A model generated the notes under the pieces. It searched no databases, was not told the origin of the DNA, and saw only the letters and a program-made list of their open reading frames with translations. Made by a program: the position numbers and the translations under genes. From the NCBI GenBank assembly GCA_028277445.1, contig JANQGG010000064.1, positions 3,124-67,123 of the forward strand: a DNA stretch of 64,000 bases, given 5' to 3'. Position 1 is the first letter of the stretch. Each line of letters begins with the position of its first letter. Positions 9,245 to 18,769 of this stretch are shown piece by piece. This DNA is from Chloroherpetonaceae bacterium (lineage in GTDB: Bacteria; Bacteroidota; Chlorobiia; Chlorobiales; Chloroherpetonaceae).

Positions 9245-11722
9245 TCAGTAAGCATATTCCAACCCAAAGTGGAAACTACGACCAGGCGAACGATAATGCT
9301 CAAGTTCTTCATATTGAACATTGCCCACGTTTTTTATGGCTGCTGATAAAGTTATCGCATCCATAAAACTGTAATTGGCAGATGCATTCCATACAAAAAA
9401 TCCACCGGGGTACTCATCTCCTTGCGGATTGGCATACATTCTGACGGTTTTGATTTTACTAACATATCTGCCGCTCACCATCAATTTTGCAATATCATCC
9501 AATAAAGTATAACCACCTCTAAAGCTGAATGAGTGTTCTGGACGGTACGATAACCAGTCTTTATCTTCTTCAGGATTCATATTCCCGCCTAACATTGTGG
9601 ATCGTTCTGAAGTAAGATCTTTAGCGTTCATGTAATTATAACCGAAATTAATGAACAATTGATCCATTGGATGAATGTCAACCGATGTTTCAAAACCAAT
9701 GATACGTGCCTCAGCCACATTTTTAAATTGAAAAATTACAGATGAGACATCACTGGCTAAAGCATGGGGATTAATATTTTCAGCTTCGATTAAATCTTTG
9801 TAGAAGTTGTAATATGCAGAGATGTCTAACGAAAGGTATTTTGAGAAACTCTTAAACATACCCACTTCCACGCTGGTCATGCGTTCAGCTTTGATCTCCG
9901 TATTTGGAATGCCTCTGAAAAATCCGGCTTCGGTAACAAAGCGCTCTGCAAGCGTAGGCGCTCTCATACTTTGGCCAAACGATGCACGGAAAGAAGTTTC
10001 TGGATTAAGCAGATAGGTTATAGCAGCCCTTGGGCTAAACTGCCATAATGTTTGGTATTTAATACTTCCAGTTTTAGAAGAATAAATGGGTTGAAATGTT
10101 ATAGGATCTACGCCAATTGCATCCAAGTAATTCGTATAAGTAACTTCTGATCGATCAATATGATCCAAATCAAAACGAGCGCCGAAGCTTAAGCGGATTT
10201 GTTCATTGAGTTTAAAATCGTCTTGAGCAAATATACCAAAAGCTTGTGCGGTATTGTCGTAATACATGGTTGATTTTACATCATCGTATTGTACATCAAA
10301 GCCTGTGGTTAAACGATGCCCTTTGGAGAACCAGTTAAACTGCATACCAACTCCATATCGGCGTGCATCAGAATCATTATATGTGGAAGGATCATCCGGA
10401 TCATAAACCCCACGTTTACCGGCTGAGTATTGTTGATAATTCCCAATCACGTTATCCTGACCATCATATAAATTAAATGCCTCATCAAATTCAGGATAAT
10501 ATTTTATTACAAATGAAGATCGGTTGAAAAATGCACGGCTTTCCAAACTCGAGGTATTGCTTATTGTCCATACATGCTTCAAGCCAACCATTTGCATGGA
10601 ATTGTCTTTGATATCATCATATTGGTAGTTACCGGGAACAGGGTCTGCAAGAGCATTGTATTCGTTACGCCATGGGTATGGGATACCTCCTGTCACATAG
10701 GTTAAAATTCCCGATAACTGTAAGAATTGAGTTCCGGATAATGAATAGCGAGCTTTTACCTTAATATCATTACTTTCCATTTGTGCGGATTGTCGGTACC
10801 CATCATCTTCAGAATGAGAGTAAAAAACATTATAATTGAGATTGCCAATGACGTTACTGTGAGATATGTTGGCACTGTAAAAATAAGGTGTTTTATCGCC
10901 GGGATACACTTCAGTATTTACTTCATCACTTGGCGGGGTATCGTAAAAACCATTTGAAAACTTTGCTTTAAATGTAAATTCATTAGGCAAAGCAGCGACA
11001 GCTTGAATAACTCCGCCCATAGCTCCAGCGCCATATAATGCTGAAGATGAGCCTTTTACCACTTCAATTCTCTCAACAGCGTCCATTGATACCATAGACC
11101 AGTAAATAGAACCGGCATCAGGCGCATTTAACGGGTAGCCGTCATACAATAACAAAACGCGTGTTCCTAATCCACCACCCGAGAATGTGTTGGATCCTCT
11201 AATTTGGACTGAACTTGTACCATATCCGCCAGATCTTACCAGATCAACTCCGGGTACACTTTCCAAAACCTGATCTAATTGTTTGATAGGTTCAGCGTCA
11301 ATGGTTTTCATGGATAAAATACTCGTGGTAATCGGAACTTCTGCTCTTTTCTGTTCATACCTGGAAGCCGATATTACAACTTCTGAGCCCATGATACTAC
11401 CCTGGATCAAAGAAACATTAATAGCTTGAGAGTTATTCGGATCAACTTTAACAGTTTTTGTGACGTTTTTGTAGCCAATAGCAGAGATACGAACCTTATG
11501 TTTACCAACCGGAACATTTTTTATGATAAACTCTCCATCTATGCCTGAAACTGCTCCAAGGGTCGTTTCTTGTATGATAATCGTTGCCCCTGGAAGAGAC
11601 TCGTTCGTTTTAGCATCTTTAACAATGCCTTTAATTACGGATTTCTCTTTATCGGATGATCCTAAGAGAGTTGAGGGAATGCTTAATATCATTAAAACCA
11701 ATATGGTGTAATATCTTTTCAT
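9245..11722 (-). CDS. TonB-dependent outer-membrane receptor with N-terminal carboxypeptidase-regulatory-like domain
   Basis: Signal peptide MKRYYTILVLMILSIPS. IKGIVKDAKTNESLPGATIII (CarboxypepD_reg-like), then plug and barrel motifs (IEVVKGSSSALYGAGAMGGVI). Aromatic C-terminus ...FGLEYAY. Start moved to the ATG at 11722 (GGAG upstream) rather than the TTG at 11755. Confidence 0.9.
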   Translation of the reverse strand: MKRYYTILVLMILSIPSTLLGSSDKEKSVIKGIVKDAKTNESLPGATIIIQETTLGAVSGIDGEFIIKNVPVGKHKVRISAIGYKNVTKTVKVDPNNSQAINVSLIQGSIMGSEVVISASRYEQKRAEVPITTSILSMKTIDAEPIKQLDQVLESVPGVDLVRSGGYGTSSVQIRGSNTFSGGGLGTRVLLLYDGYPLNAPDAGSIYWSMVSMDAVERIEVVKGSSSALYGAGAMGGVIQAVAALPNEFTFKAKFSNGFYDTPPSDEVNTEVYPGDKTPYFYSANISHSNVIGNLNYNVFYSHSEDDGYRQSAQMESNDIKVKARYSLSGTQFLQLSGILTYVTGGIPYPWRNEYNALADPVPGNYQYDDIKDNSMQMVGLKHVWTISNTSSLESRAFFNRSSFVIKYYPEFDEAFNLYDGQDNVIGNYQQYSAGKRGVYDPDDPSTYNDSDARRYGVGMQFNWFSKGHRLTTGFDVQYDDVKSTMYYDNTAQAFGIFAQDDFKLNEQIRLSFGARFDLDHIDRSEVTYTNYLDAIGVDPITFQPIYSSKTGSIKYQTLWQFSPRAAITYLLNPETSFRASFGQSMRAPTLAERFVTEAGFFRGIPNTEIKAERMTSVEVGMFKSFSKYLSLDISAYYNFYKDLIEAENINPHALASDVSSVIFQFKNVAEARIIGFETSVDIHPMDQLFINFGYNYMNAKDLTSERSTMLGGNMNPEEDKDWLSYRPEHSFSFRGGYTLLDDIAKLMVSGRYVSKIKTVRMYANPQGDEYPGGFFVWNASANYSFMDAITLSAAIKNVGNVQYEELEHYRSPGRSFHFGLEYAY

Positions 11723-11801
11723 ATCCTGCTCCACAATTTTTCTGGCTGTTACCAAATTATTTTTGGGGCAGAAATGCTCTGCCCCAAAGTGCGATTAAAA
11801 C

Positions 11802-12833
11802 TTATGGTAAGGTTACATCTGCGTGCCAAAACAACATCGGATTGGCACCATCTAAAGTAAATGACTTTTTATCCTGGTTTGAGATATAAGTATCTAATGG
11901 TGGGTCATTTGGATAAGAAAATGCCCCAGTTGGCTCAAAAATATCAACCAACAATAATTTGTAATCACCAAATGAAACACCCGGTTGTGGGCCAAAGGAA
12001 AAACCAGTGCTATCAACAAAAGCTATCATATTAACACCAGGTTCTGTAGGTGCTGAGATCATTTGATAGATACTAGGCGCTGCTTCTGGATCAAATGGGT
12101 TAGCTGTAAATCTTGCAATTACGCTATCTTTGTTATCCAAGTGCTTGTAGCCTACAAGTCCTATAAATTTTCCGCCTGTTGGCCATTTCGATACATTATC
12201 TACGGTTAAGGTTCCACAAATTGTACCGGCATTTGTAGTATCAGGATTTGAGCTTCGTTTAATAGCATGTGCCATATTAATACCTGCAGCGACATCACAG
12301 ATCATGTCAACATTTTCAACAGCGCCACCGCTCACGGTAACAGGAGTGCCAAAATTCCATTTTGTTGGATCGCCCCAATGGCCAATACCAACAGTTTTTC
12401 TAAATCCATTAGGATCAAGAATATTTTCGTAGGTTGGTGCAATTAAGTATGTGCCATCAGCTATACCTTCGAATTTATAATTCCATTTTCCATTGGTTAA
12501 ACCTGAAAACTCTATACCGGTACCATGACCTAATGCTGGCAGACCATCAACCGGGCCACCTGTCGCCATACCGTCAGGATTTGCTGGCATTAAAGCTATT
12601 CGGAAATATCCCGGAATTGAGTCACTTGTTGATGAGCTATGAGGCCAATGAGCAGAGTCAATAGGTGCGCCATTATATGTAAATGTTAAAGTGCCGCTGA
12701 TAGAATTTGTTTTATCCCCGGAGTCACCCCCATTGTCATCATCATCACATGCGGTCATATTGAAAGCAAACAGAACCACAAACAAAGCCATTAGTTGGCG
12801 AAGCATTATGCTTTTTAATTTTTTTGTGTTCAT
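11802..12833 (-). CDS. Lipoprotein of unknown function, probably surface-exposed; two internally repeated beta-sandwich-like halves
   Basis: Lipobox FNMTAC followed by the acidic run DDDDNGGDSGD. Repeated ISGTLTFTYNG / ICGTLTVDNVS segments. Ends 46 nt upstream of the TonB receptor ORF, 79 nt from its preferred start. Confidence 0.7.
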   Translation of the reverse strand: MNTKKLKSIMLRQLMALFVVLFAFNMTACDDDDNGGDSGDKTNSISGTLTFTYNGAPIDSAHWPHSSSTSDSIPGYFRIALMPANPDGMATGGPVDGLPALGHGTGIEFSGLTNGKWNYKFEGIADGTYLIAPTYENILDPNGFRKTVGIGHWGDPTKWNFGTPVTVSGGAVENVDMICDVAAGINMAHAIKRSSNPDTTNAGTICGTLTVDNVSKWPTGGKFIGLVGYKHLDNKDSVIARFTANPFDPEAAPSIYQMISAPTEPGVNMIAFVDSTGFSFGPQPGVSFGDYKLLLVDIFEPTGAFSYPNDPPLDTYISNQDKKSFTLDGANPMLFWHADVTLP

Positions 12834-12985
12834 AGTTAAACGGTGTTTTTAGGTTTGTAAAGAATTGCGTTCAAATTAGAATGCAATGCATCGTATAAAA
12901 AAATTGATTTGGCCAGTGGCCATGAAAAGAACATGAGTTCATAATAATTTTTGAAAACAATAAGAAAACAGAATGGGAGAGTAGT

Positions 12986-13375
12986 TTAAATCAGTAAAGG
13001 GGCGGAAATTTGAGACAAGTTAAAAGCTGTATGATTATTACAATCAGAAGGTAGTAAAACAGAGCGTTGAACGATAAATTTAGAAAATAAGGGCTTTGCG
13101 TGAAGTATGTGGGAAGAGTTGAAAGCTGATTTTTTTACCGAAACATTTTTGTGAGAAACCTCCGAGAATTGCTCATAAAATGAAAAAGATAATGCTTTTG
13201 GCGATTGCTTTGAAACTAATATCCTTACCGGATCGTTTTTAGAGTAGTTCTTTGCAAACGTTGAGCTTTTTATGAATCCATGCCCTCCGGATACGGAGAA
13301 GATTAAAAATAAATAAACCTCAACGAGACGCCAAAATTTCTTTGTTATCGAGCTTATGTTTTGTTCAATAAGCAT
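12986..13375 (-). CDS. Hypothetical small single-pass membrane protein, paralog B (see 2264..2755)
   Basis: 129-codon frame. TM helix VEVYLFLIFSVSGGHGF. Same N-terminal, central (SH..V..KK...SS) and C-terminal (PLLI) blocks as paralog A. Confidence 0.55.
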   Translation of the reverse strand: MLIEQNISSITKKFWRLVEVYLFLIFSVSGGHGFIKSSTFAKNYSKNDPVRILVSKQSPKALSFSFYEQFSEVSHKNVSVKKSAFNSSHILHAKPLFSKFIVQRSVLLPSDCNNHTAFNLSQISAPLLI

Positions 13376-13644
13376 TCTACATCGATAAGTTAAATCACTT
13401 CGTTGTATTTAATTCCTTTATCAAGTACAAGTATATAATTACAGGCAGAATAAGTGCTAAAATATAGTTATTAACTTTTCATTAAAAACGTATTTAATCA
13501 TATCCACCCAACCCGATTAAATTATATAAGCCATTTTTCGGAAACAACATATATCAAATATCGGCCAGAACGTCTTGAAGATGACCGTGCTTTAGAAAAA
13601 GATTTCCAGTCTTCTATTTGTATGATTTGCAAATTGCATGTGAT

Positions 13645-14904
13645 TTAAATAACGCCTAATGCTTTACCGCTTTTTTCAAATTCGGTGACAATTTTATCCA
13701 AATGCCAATCTTCATGCGTGCTCATATAGCTTGTTCTAAGCATTTCATAGCCAGGCATAACACCTGGACGAACAAACGCATTGACAAAAACTCCGGCGTC
13801 ATACAACTTTCTCCAAAAAACCAGCGTTTTTTCCTGATCGCCAATAATCACAGAAACAATGGCTGTTTTTGAGTCCATTAATTTAAATCCGAGAGATTTA
13901 AGACCTTGACGAACCCGATCGGCGTTTTGAAGCAATTTTGTAATACGTTCAGGTTCCAGTTGCATGATTTCAAGCGCTTTCAAGGCTGAAGCAACACTAG
14001 CCGGCGTTGGCGAAGCGCTAAAAATCAAAGCCGGTGCATGGTGTTTAAGATAATTGATAACCGAACGTTTTCCGGCAACAAATCCGCCAAGAGAAGCAAA
14101 TGTTTTTGAAAATGTGCCCATGGTAAGATCGATCTCATTGACCAAATCAAATTCGGAAGCCGTGCCACGGCCATATTTGCCAATAACACCAACAGAGTGA
14201 GCGTCATCAACTAAAATTCGTGCGTTATATTTTTTGGCGAGTCTGTTGAGTTCGGGCAGATCAACAATTTCACCTGAAACTGAAAAAACGCCGTCGGTAG
14301 CAATCAATTTTGCCGCGTCGTATGGGATTTTTTGCAGAACACGTTCCAAATCGGCCATGTCATTATGGCGATAACGCTCCAGGTTTGCCATGCCGCCTTT
14401 CGACATCAAACTTGCGACCACAAGACAAGCGTGGTTATCGCGATCACTGATGATGTATTCACCACGTTGGACAAGTGTTGGAATAACGCCTTGTCCGGTT
14501 TGATATCCGGTACTGAAAAGTAAAACGTCTTCCGTGCCAAAAAACTTGGCAAGTTTTTCTTCCAATTCAATATGTAAATCTACGGTACCTGTTAAATATC
14601 TGGAACCCGAACAGCTTGTTCCATACTGGTTAATTGCGTCTATAGCGGCTTGTTTTACTCGAGGGTCGCCTGTCAATCCAAGATAATTGTTTGAACCGGC
14701 CATAATAACTTCGTGGCCTTCAATAGAAACTACCGGGCCTTCATTTTCTTCAACCGGTCTGAAATAAGGATAAACGCCTTGTTTCTTTACTTCGTCGGCT
14801 GTTGTAAAATCGTAACACTTTTGGAATAGATCCTTTGGTTTAGGGATAGTATCATTAGAGGACTGTGCAATCTCTAGCGCATCGTTTTTTTCGGTCGTGC
14901 TCAT
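13645..14904 (-). CDS. PLP-dependent alpha-oxoamine synthase, serine palmitoyltransferase-like (Kbl/BioF family)
   Basis: [11 protein letters not shown]..., [36 protein letters not shown] (PLP lysine), IFSASPTPA. The N-terminal YPYFR motif resembles Bacteroides Spt as I recall it. Confidence 0.7.
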   Translation of the reverse strand: MSTTEKNDALEIAQSSNDTIPKPKDLFQKCYDFTTADEVKKQGVYPYFRPVEENEGPVVSIEGHEVIMAGSNNYLGLTGDPRVKQAAIDAINQYGTSCSGSRYLTGTVDLHIELEEKLAKFFGTEDVLLFSTGYQTGQGVIPTLVQRGEYIISDRDNHACLVVASLMSKGGMANLERYRHNDMADLERVLQKIPYDAAKLIATDGVFSVSGEIVDLPELNRLAKKYNARILVDDAHSVGVIGKYGRGTASEFDLVNEIDLTMGTFSKTFASLGGFVAGKRSVINYLKHHAPALIFSASPTPASVASALKALEIMQLEPERITKLLQNADRVRQGLKSLGFKLMDSKTAIVSVIIGDQEKTLVFWRKLYDAGVFVNAFVRPGVMPGYEMLRTSYMSTHEDWHLDKIVTEFEKSGKALGVI

Positions 14905-15203
14905 ATTTTCTGGTTCTTACTGTTTTTAAAATTCATTTTGAGCATAAATTTCAAAGATACATTATTCTGTTTTGTTTCAAAACCACTTTACCCTGAATAT
15001 TGCAGATTTTAATCCCACGCCCTTTTTTGGTTGACTTTTTTTTCAGATGTAATGTATCTGATTTCAAAGAGTTAGCTGTAATATTGTAATCGGTTCATAT
15101 TTTTAGTGAGTTAACTAAAAATAGTTATATCTTTAGGCATTTTCATTTGACATCAAAAACTTGTAAGATTTTATTTCAATTCTAATAGAAAAAAACCATA
15201 AAC

Positions 15204-16223
15204 ATGTCAGATACCGCATTAATAACCGGGGCAACCGGATTTATCGGAAGCTGGTTAGCTGAAACCTTAATAGAGAAAGGTTATAAAGTAATTGCCCTTA
15301 TCCGGCAGACGAGTAATAAAGCAAATTTAAACCATTTAAATGTAGAGTACAGGGTTGCTGATTTTAAGGACATTAATTCGCTAAAAAAAGCTGTTGAAGG
15401 CGTTGATTACGTGTATCATGTCGCTGGTGTTACAAAATCCAAAACCGAGTTGGGATATATTGATGGCAATGTTCGTGCTACGGAGAATTTGCTGAAGGCA
15501 ACTTATGAAGCAAATTTGGGTATCAAACGTTTTTTGCATGTTTCCTCTTTGGCAGCAGTTGGGCCGGCTAGCTCGGCAGACAAACCTGTGGATGAAAAAA
15601 CAACGGCCAAACCGGTTACCATGTATGGCAGTTCCAAAAATATTTCGGAGCAAGCTTGTCAACGCTTCATTTATGTACCTACTGCCAAAGTAACAACCAA
15701 ACTTCCGGTTACAATCGTCAGGCCGCCGGCTGTTTACGGACCCCGGGATAAAGATATCCTGGAATTTTTTATCACGGTTAATAAAGGTATTATGCCGATT
15801 GTTGGTAGCGGTAATAAGCTGATCAGCTTAATTCATGTGAAAGATTTAGTGGATGGTATTATTGCGGCAGCCGAATCAGGAGAAAGTAAAGGGCAAACCT
15901 ACTTTATTTCTTCAGAAAAATTCTATACTTGGCAGGAAATTGGCGAGATCACCAAGAATGCACTTGGGAAAAAATCGGTGTTTAAACTGACTATTCCGCA
16001 TTTTGTGGTATCCATTGTGGCAGCGCTATCGGAAATGTCTAATAAATCCAGCCCCACTCCGCCTCCGCTTAATCGTGAGAAGGTCAAAGATATTGTTCAG
16101 GATTATTGGATATGTACGGCTGAAAAAGCCCGAAATGAACTTGGGTTTAAAGAAAAGATCGGTATAGAAGAAGGTATTCAAGAAACTGTTAGCTGGTACA
16201 AAGAAAAGGGCTGGTTAAAATAA
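15204..16223 (+). CDS. NAD(P)-dependent epimerase/dehydratase-family SDR
   Basis: LITGATGFIGSWL Rossmann motif and YGSSK catalytic motif. Divergent from the Spt-like gene. Confidence 0.8.
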   Translation: MSDTALITGATGFIGSWLAETLIEKGYKVIALIRQTSNKANLNHLNVEYRVADFKDINSLKKAVEGVDYVYHVAGVTKSKTELGYIDGNVRATENLLKATYEANLGIKRFLHVSSLAAVGPASSADKPVDEKTTAKPVTMYGSSKNISEQACQRFIYVPTAKVTTKLPVTIVRPPAVYGPRDKDILEFFITVNKGIMPIVGSGNKLISLIHVKDLVDGIIAAAESGESKGQTYFISSEKFYTWQEIGEITKNALGKKSVFKLTIPHFVVSIVAALSEMSNKSSPTPPPLNREKVKDIVQDYWICTAEKARNELGFKEKIGIEEGIQETVSWYKEKGWLK

Positions 16224-16231
16224 TACTGCTT

Positions 16232-16259
16232 GGCTTCCTTGTCCTGAAACAAGGAAGCC
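16232..16259. terminator. 10-bp GC-containing hairpin between convergent SDR and msrB genes
   Basis: GGCTTCCTTG-tcctgaaa-CAAGGAAGCC. The U-tracts are weak on both strands. Confidence 0.4.
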
Positions 16260-16271
16260 GAATTTATAGGA

Positions 16272-16844
16272 TTAGTCTAAAGAAGCGTCTGTTACAAAAT
16301 CTAACGATGCGGAGTTAATGCAGTACCTTAATCCGGTGGGATTAGGGCCATCTTCAAAGACATGACCAAGGTGTGAGCCACAATTGTTGCAAGTTACTTC
16401 AACACGTTTCATGCCATGGCTGTAATCCATTTCTTCATGAACATTTTTTTCATCGTATGGCTTATAAAAGCTTGGCCAGCCTGTGCCAGAATTAAATTTT
16501 GTCTTCGAAGAAAACAGTTCATGACCGCAAACCACACATGTGTATGTACCGGTTTCTTTGTGATCAAGAAATTTTCCGGTAAATGGTCGCTCTGTACCTT
16601 TGTTTTGAGTGACTTGAAATTGTAGCGGCGTAAGCTTTTCCTTAAGCGCGTCTTTAGTTAAATGATCATTGCTTGGCATTGTTCCGGATGTTATGGATTG
16701 TTGAATGAAAGAGCCACTTGATTTTAAATTGGGATTTGATGTCTTATTTGTCGCACTGTTCTCTGTTTGTAATTGATTACTTGAACATGCTCCGGTTAGT
16801 ATGATGATTAGAAAAACAAAACCAATTCGTTTTAATGCGTTCAT
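16272..16844 (-). CDS. msrB: Peptide-methionine (R)-S-oxide reductase MsrB with lipoprotein signal peptide
   Basis: [47 protein letters not shown]-terminal [12 protein letters not shown] lipobox plus a ~60-aa linker. Confidence 0.9.
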   Translation of the reverse strand: MNALKRIGFVFLIIILTGACSSNQLQTENSATNKTSNPNLKSSGSFIQQSITSGTMPSNDHLTKDALKEKLTPLQFQVTQNKGTERPFTGKFLDHKETGTYTCVVCGHELFSSKTKFNSGTGWPSFYKPYDEKNVHEEMDYSHGMKRVEVTCNNCGSHLGHVFEDGPNPTGLRYCINSASLDFVTDASLD

Positions 16845-16916
16845 AATTTCAATATTTAATTAACTAACATAGTCATGAATACCCACATAATTAGTTTGCA
16901 TAAACACAACATTTAC

Positions 16917-18761
16917 ATGATGAATAAAATTCGATTCTTTTTTTATGTTCTGATTTTTACATTGCCGCTGTCAACCAATGCATTTGGGGATACGCTCTCG
17001 TATAGATCGCAGGATATTATCATAACCGCAAACAGAGTGGCATTGGGTTTGTCCGAAGTTGGGCGAAGCGTAGAGGTGATTACCAGCGAAGAATTAAATC
17101 AGCTTCCGGTGCAACATGTTCAGGATATCCTAAAATATGTTGAAGGCGTTCAGCTTAATCGACGAGGCCCATTAGGCGCACAAGCCGATGTAAGCATCCG
17201 AGGTGGTTCGTTCGAACAAACCTTAATTATGATCGACGGAAACAAAGTTTCGGATCCTCAAACCGGCCATCATAACCTGGATATTCCATTAACCATCAAT
17301 GATATTGAGCAGATAGAAATTTTAAGGGGCGTCGGTTCCAGGGTTTATGGCCCGAATGCATTTGGCGGTATTATAAATGTGATCACCAAAAGAACATCGA
17401 AACAAGCTGTTACCGGAACAATAGCCGGCGGTGAGCATGGTTATTTTTCCGGTGGCGTTTCTATGGCAGCGCCGGCATTAGGAGCGGATCACAGGTTGTC
17501 GTTATCGCGCCAGTCTTCGGATGGTTATCGCGCCAACACCGATTTTCAGAACACCGTCTTTTCATATTCCATACATAATGCTTTTGAGAAAGGCAACTAT
17601 TCACTCCAATTTGGTTATCTGGATAAAGAATTTGGCGCTAATCAATATTACTCTGCATCATTTCCTGACCAGTGGGAAAAAATTCTAACAACATATCTTT
17701 CGGCTGGAGGCTCGTATTTCCTGGATCAAAAATCCATATCGCATCGGTTTTCTGCCAAATTGCATTGGCGCAATAAAGACGATGAGTTTTTGTTGAAACG
17801 CCAGGACCCTGACTTTTACAGAAACACGCATACGACCAATGTTTGGGGGACTGAGTTAAGCTGGGATGCAACCTATGGAAACCATAAAACCGCGTTGGTT
17901 TTGGATTTAGGCTTGGAAGATATTGAAAGCAGCAATTTAGGAAATCGGCTCAGGCGGCACGCCGGATTCATTGCCGAACAGCATATTCGTTTATTTGATC
18001 GATTAAACGTTGTGCCTGGCCTATCGCTCTACATGTATTCGGATTGGGAGCCTGAAGTTCAACCGGCAATAGATGTATTGCTGCAAGCTGCGGAAAAGTT
18101 ACAGGTTTTCGGTTCTGTTGGCAGAGCATTTCGAGTGCCAACATACACGGAACTTTATTATCAAGATAGGGTTAATCAGGCAAACGAAGATTTAAAACCG
18201 GAAGAAGCATGGGCTTACGAAATTGGGGGTCGCTATCACGAAAAAAACTGGCAAGTATCGACAAGCGTGTTCTATAGAGATGGGCGCAATTTGATTGATT
18301 GGGTGAAATTGACTGATAGTGATATGTGGCAGGCCCAAAATGTTTCCAATGTCCATACTTTTGGGCTTGAAGCGGATGTTTCCATGTCTACCCGAATGTT
18401 ATTTAAAAAATGGATATCCAGCATTGGACTTTCTTATGCATTTATTAATTCGGGGCGAGACCTTAAAGGCTTACAATCCCGATATGTGTTTCAATATATG
18501 AAACACCAAATACACCTGAAGGTGGCGCAAGAGTGGTTTGGAAGACTTAATCAGCTTTGGGCAATTAGATACCAGGAGCCAAAGGGTAATGATAGCTTTA
18601 TGGTATTGGATACCAAACTATCGTATCCCGTTCAGATCGGGCAAATCCAAACAACAATTTTTGCTGAAATCAGCAATGTTTTTAATACAAGTTACATTGA
18701 AGTCAGCCCGATACCTATGCCTGGCCGATGGATCATTCTTGGCATAAAACCATCTTTTTAG
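16917..18761 (+). CDS. TonB-dependent receptor (BtuB/CirA-size, ~610 aa)
   Basis: Signal peptide MMNKIRFFFYVLIFTLPLSTNAFG. TonB box DIIITANR. Plug motifs IEILRGVGSRVYGPNAFGGIINVIT. C-terminal F. Confidence 0.85.
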   Translation: MMNKIRFFFYVLIFTLPLSTNAFGDTLSYRSQDIIITANRVALGLSEVGRSVEVITSEELNQLPVQHVQDILKYVEGVQLNRRGPLGAQADVSIRGGSFEQTLIMIDGNKVSDPQTGHHNLDIPLTINDIEQIEILRGVGSRVYGPNAFGGIINVITKRTSKQAVTGTIAGGEHGYFSGGVSMAAPALGADHRLSLSRQSSDGYRANTDFQNTVFSYSIHNAFEKGNYSLQFGYLDKEFGANQYYSASFPDQWEKILTTYLSAGGSYFLDQKSISHRFSAKLHWRNKDDEFLLKRQDPDFYRNTHTTNVWGTELSWDATYGNHKTALVLDLGLEDIESSNLGNRLRRHAGFIAEQHIRLFDRLNVVPGLSLYMYSDWEPEVQPAIDVLLQAAEKLQVFGSVGRAFRVPTYTELYYQDRVNQANEDLKPEEAWAYEIGGRYHEKNWQVSTSVFYRDGRNLIDWVKLTDSDMWQAQNVSNVHTFGLEADVSMSTRMLFKKWISSIGLSYAFINSGRDLKGLQSRYVFQYMKHQIHLKVAQEWFGRLNQLWAIRYQEPKGNDSFMVLDTKLSYPVQIGQIQTTIFAEISNVFNTSYIEVSPIPMPGRWIILGIKPSF

Positions 18762-18769
18762 GCCAAAAA

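Noticed and set aside
12834-13060. Possible cobalamin riboswitch upstream of the lipoprotein/TonB-receptor genes. The minus strand contains GGCCACTGGCC (B12-box-like GCCACTG) and AAATTTCCGCCCCTTTACTG, which resembles the ..TCC..GCCCCCGC.ACTG core.
   Set aside because: The other conserved elements (GGGAA, GGTG.A..TCC pairing partners) are missing. Part of the region lies inside an ORF whose paralog shows protein-type conservation. A covariance-model scan (Rfam RF00174) would settle it.
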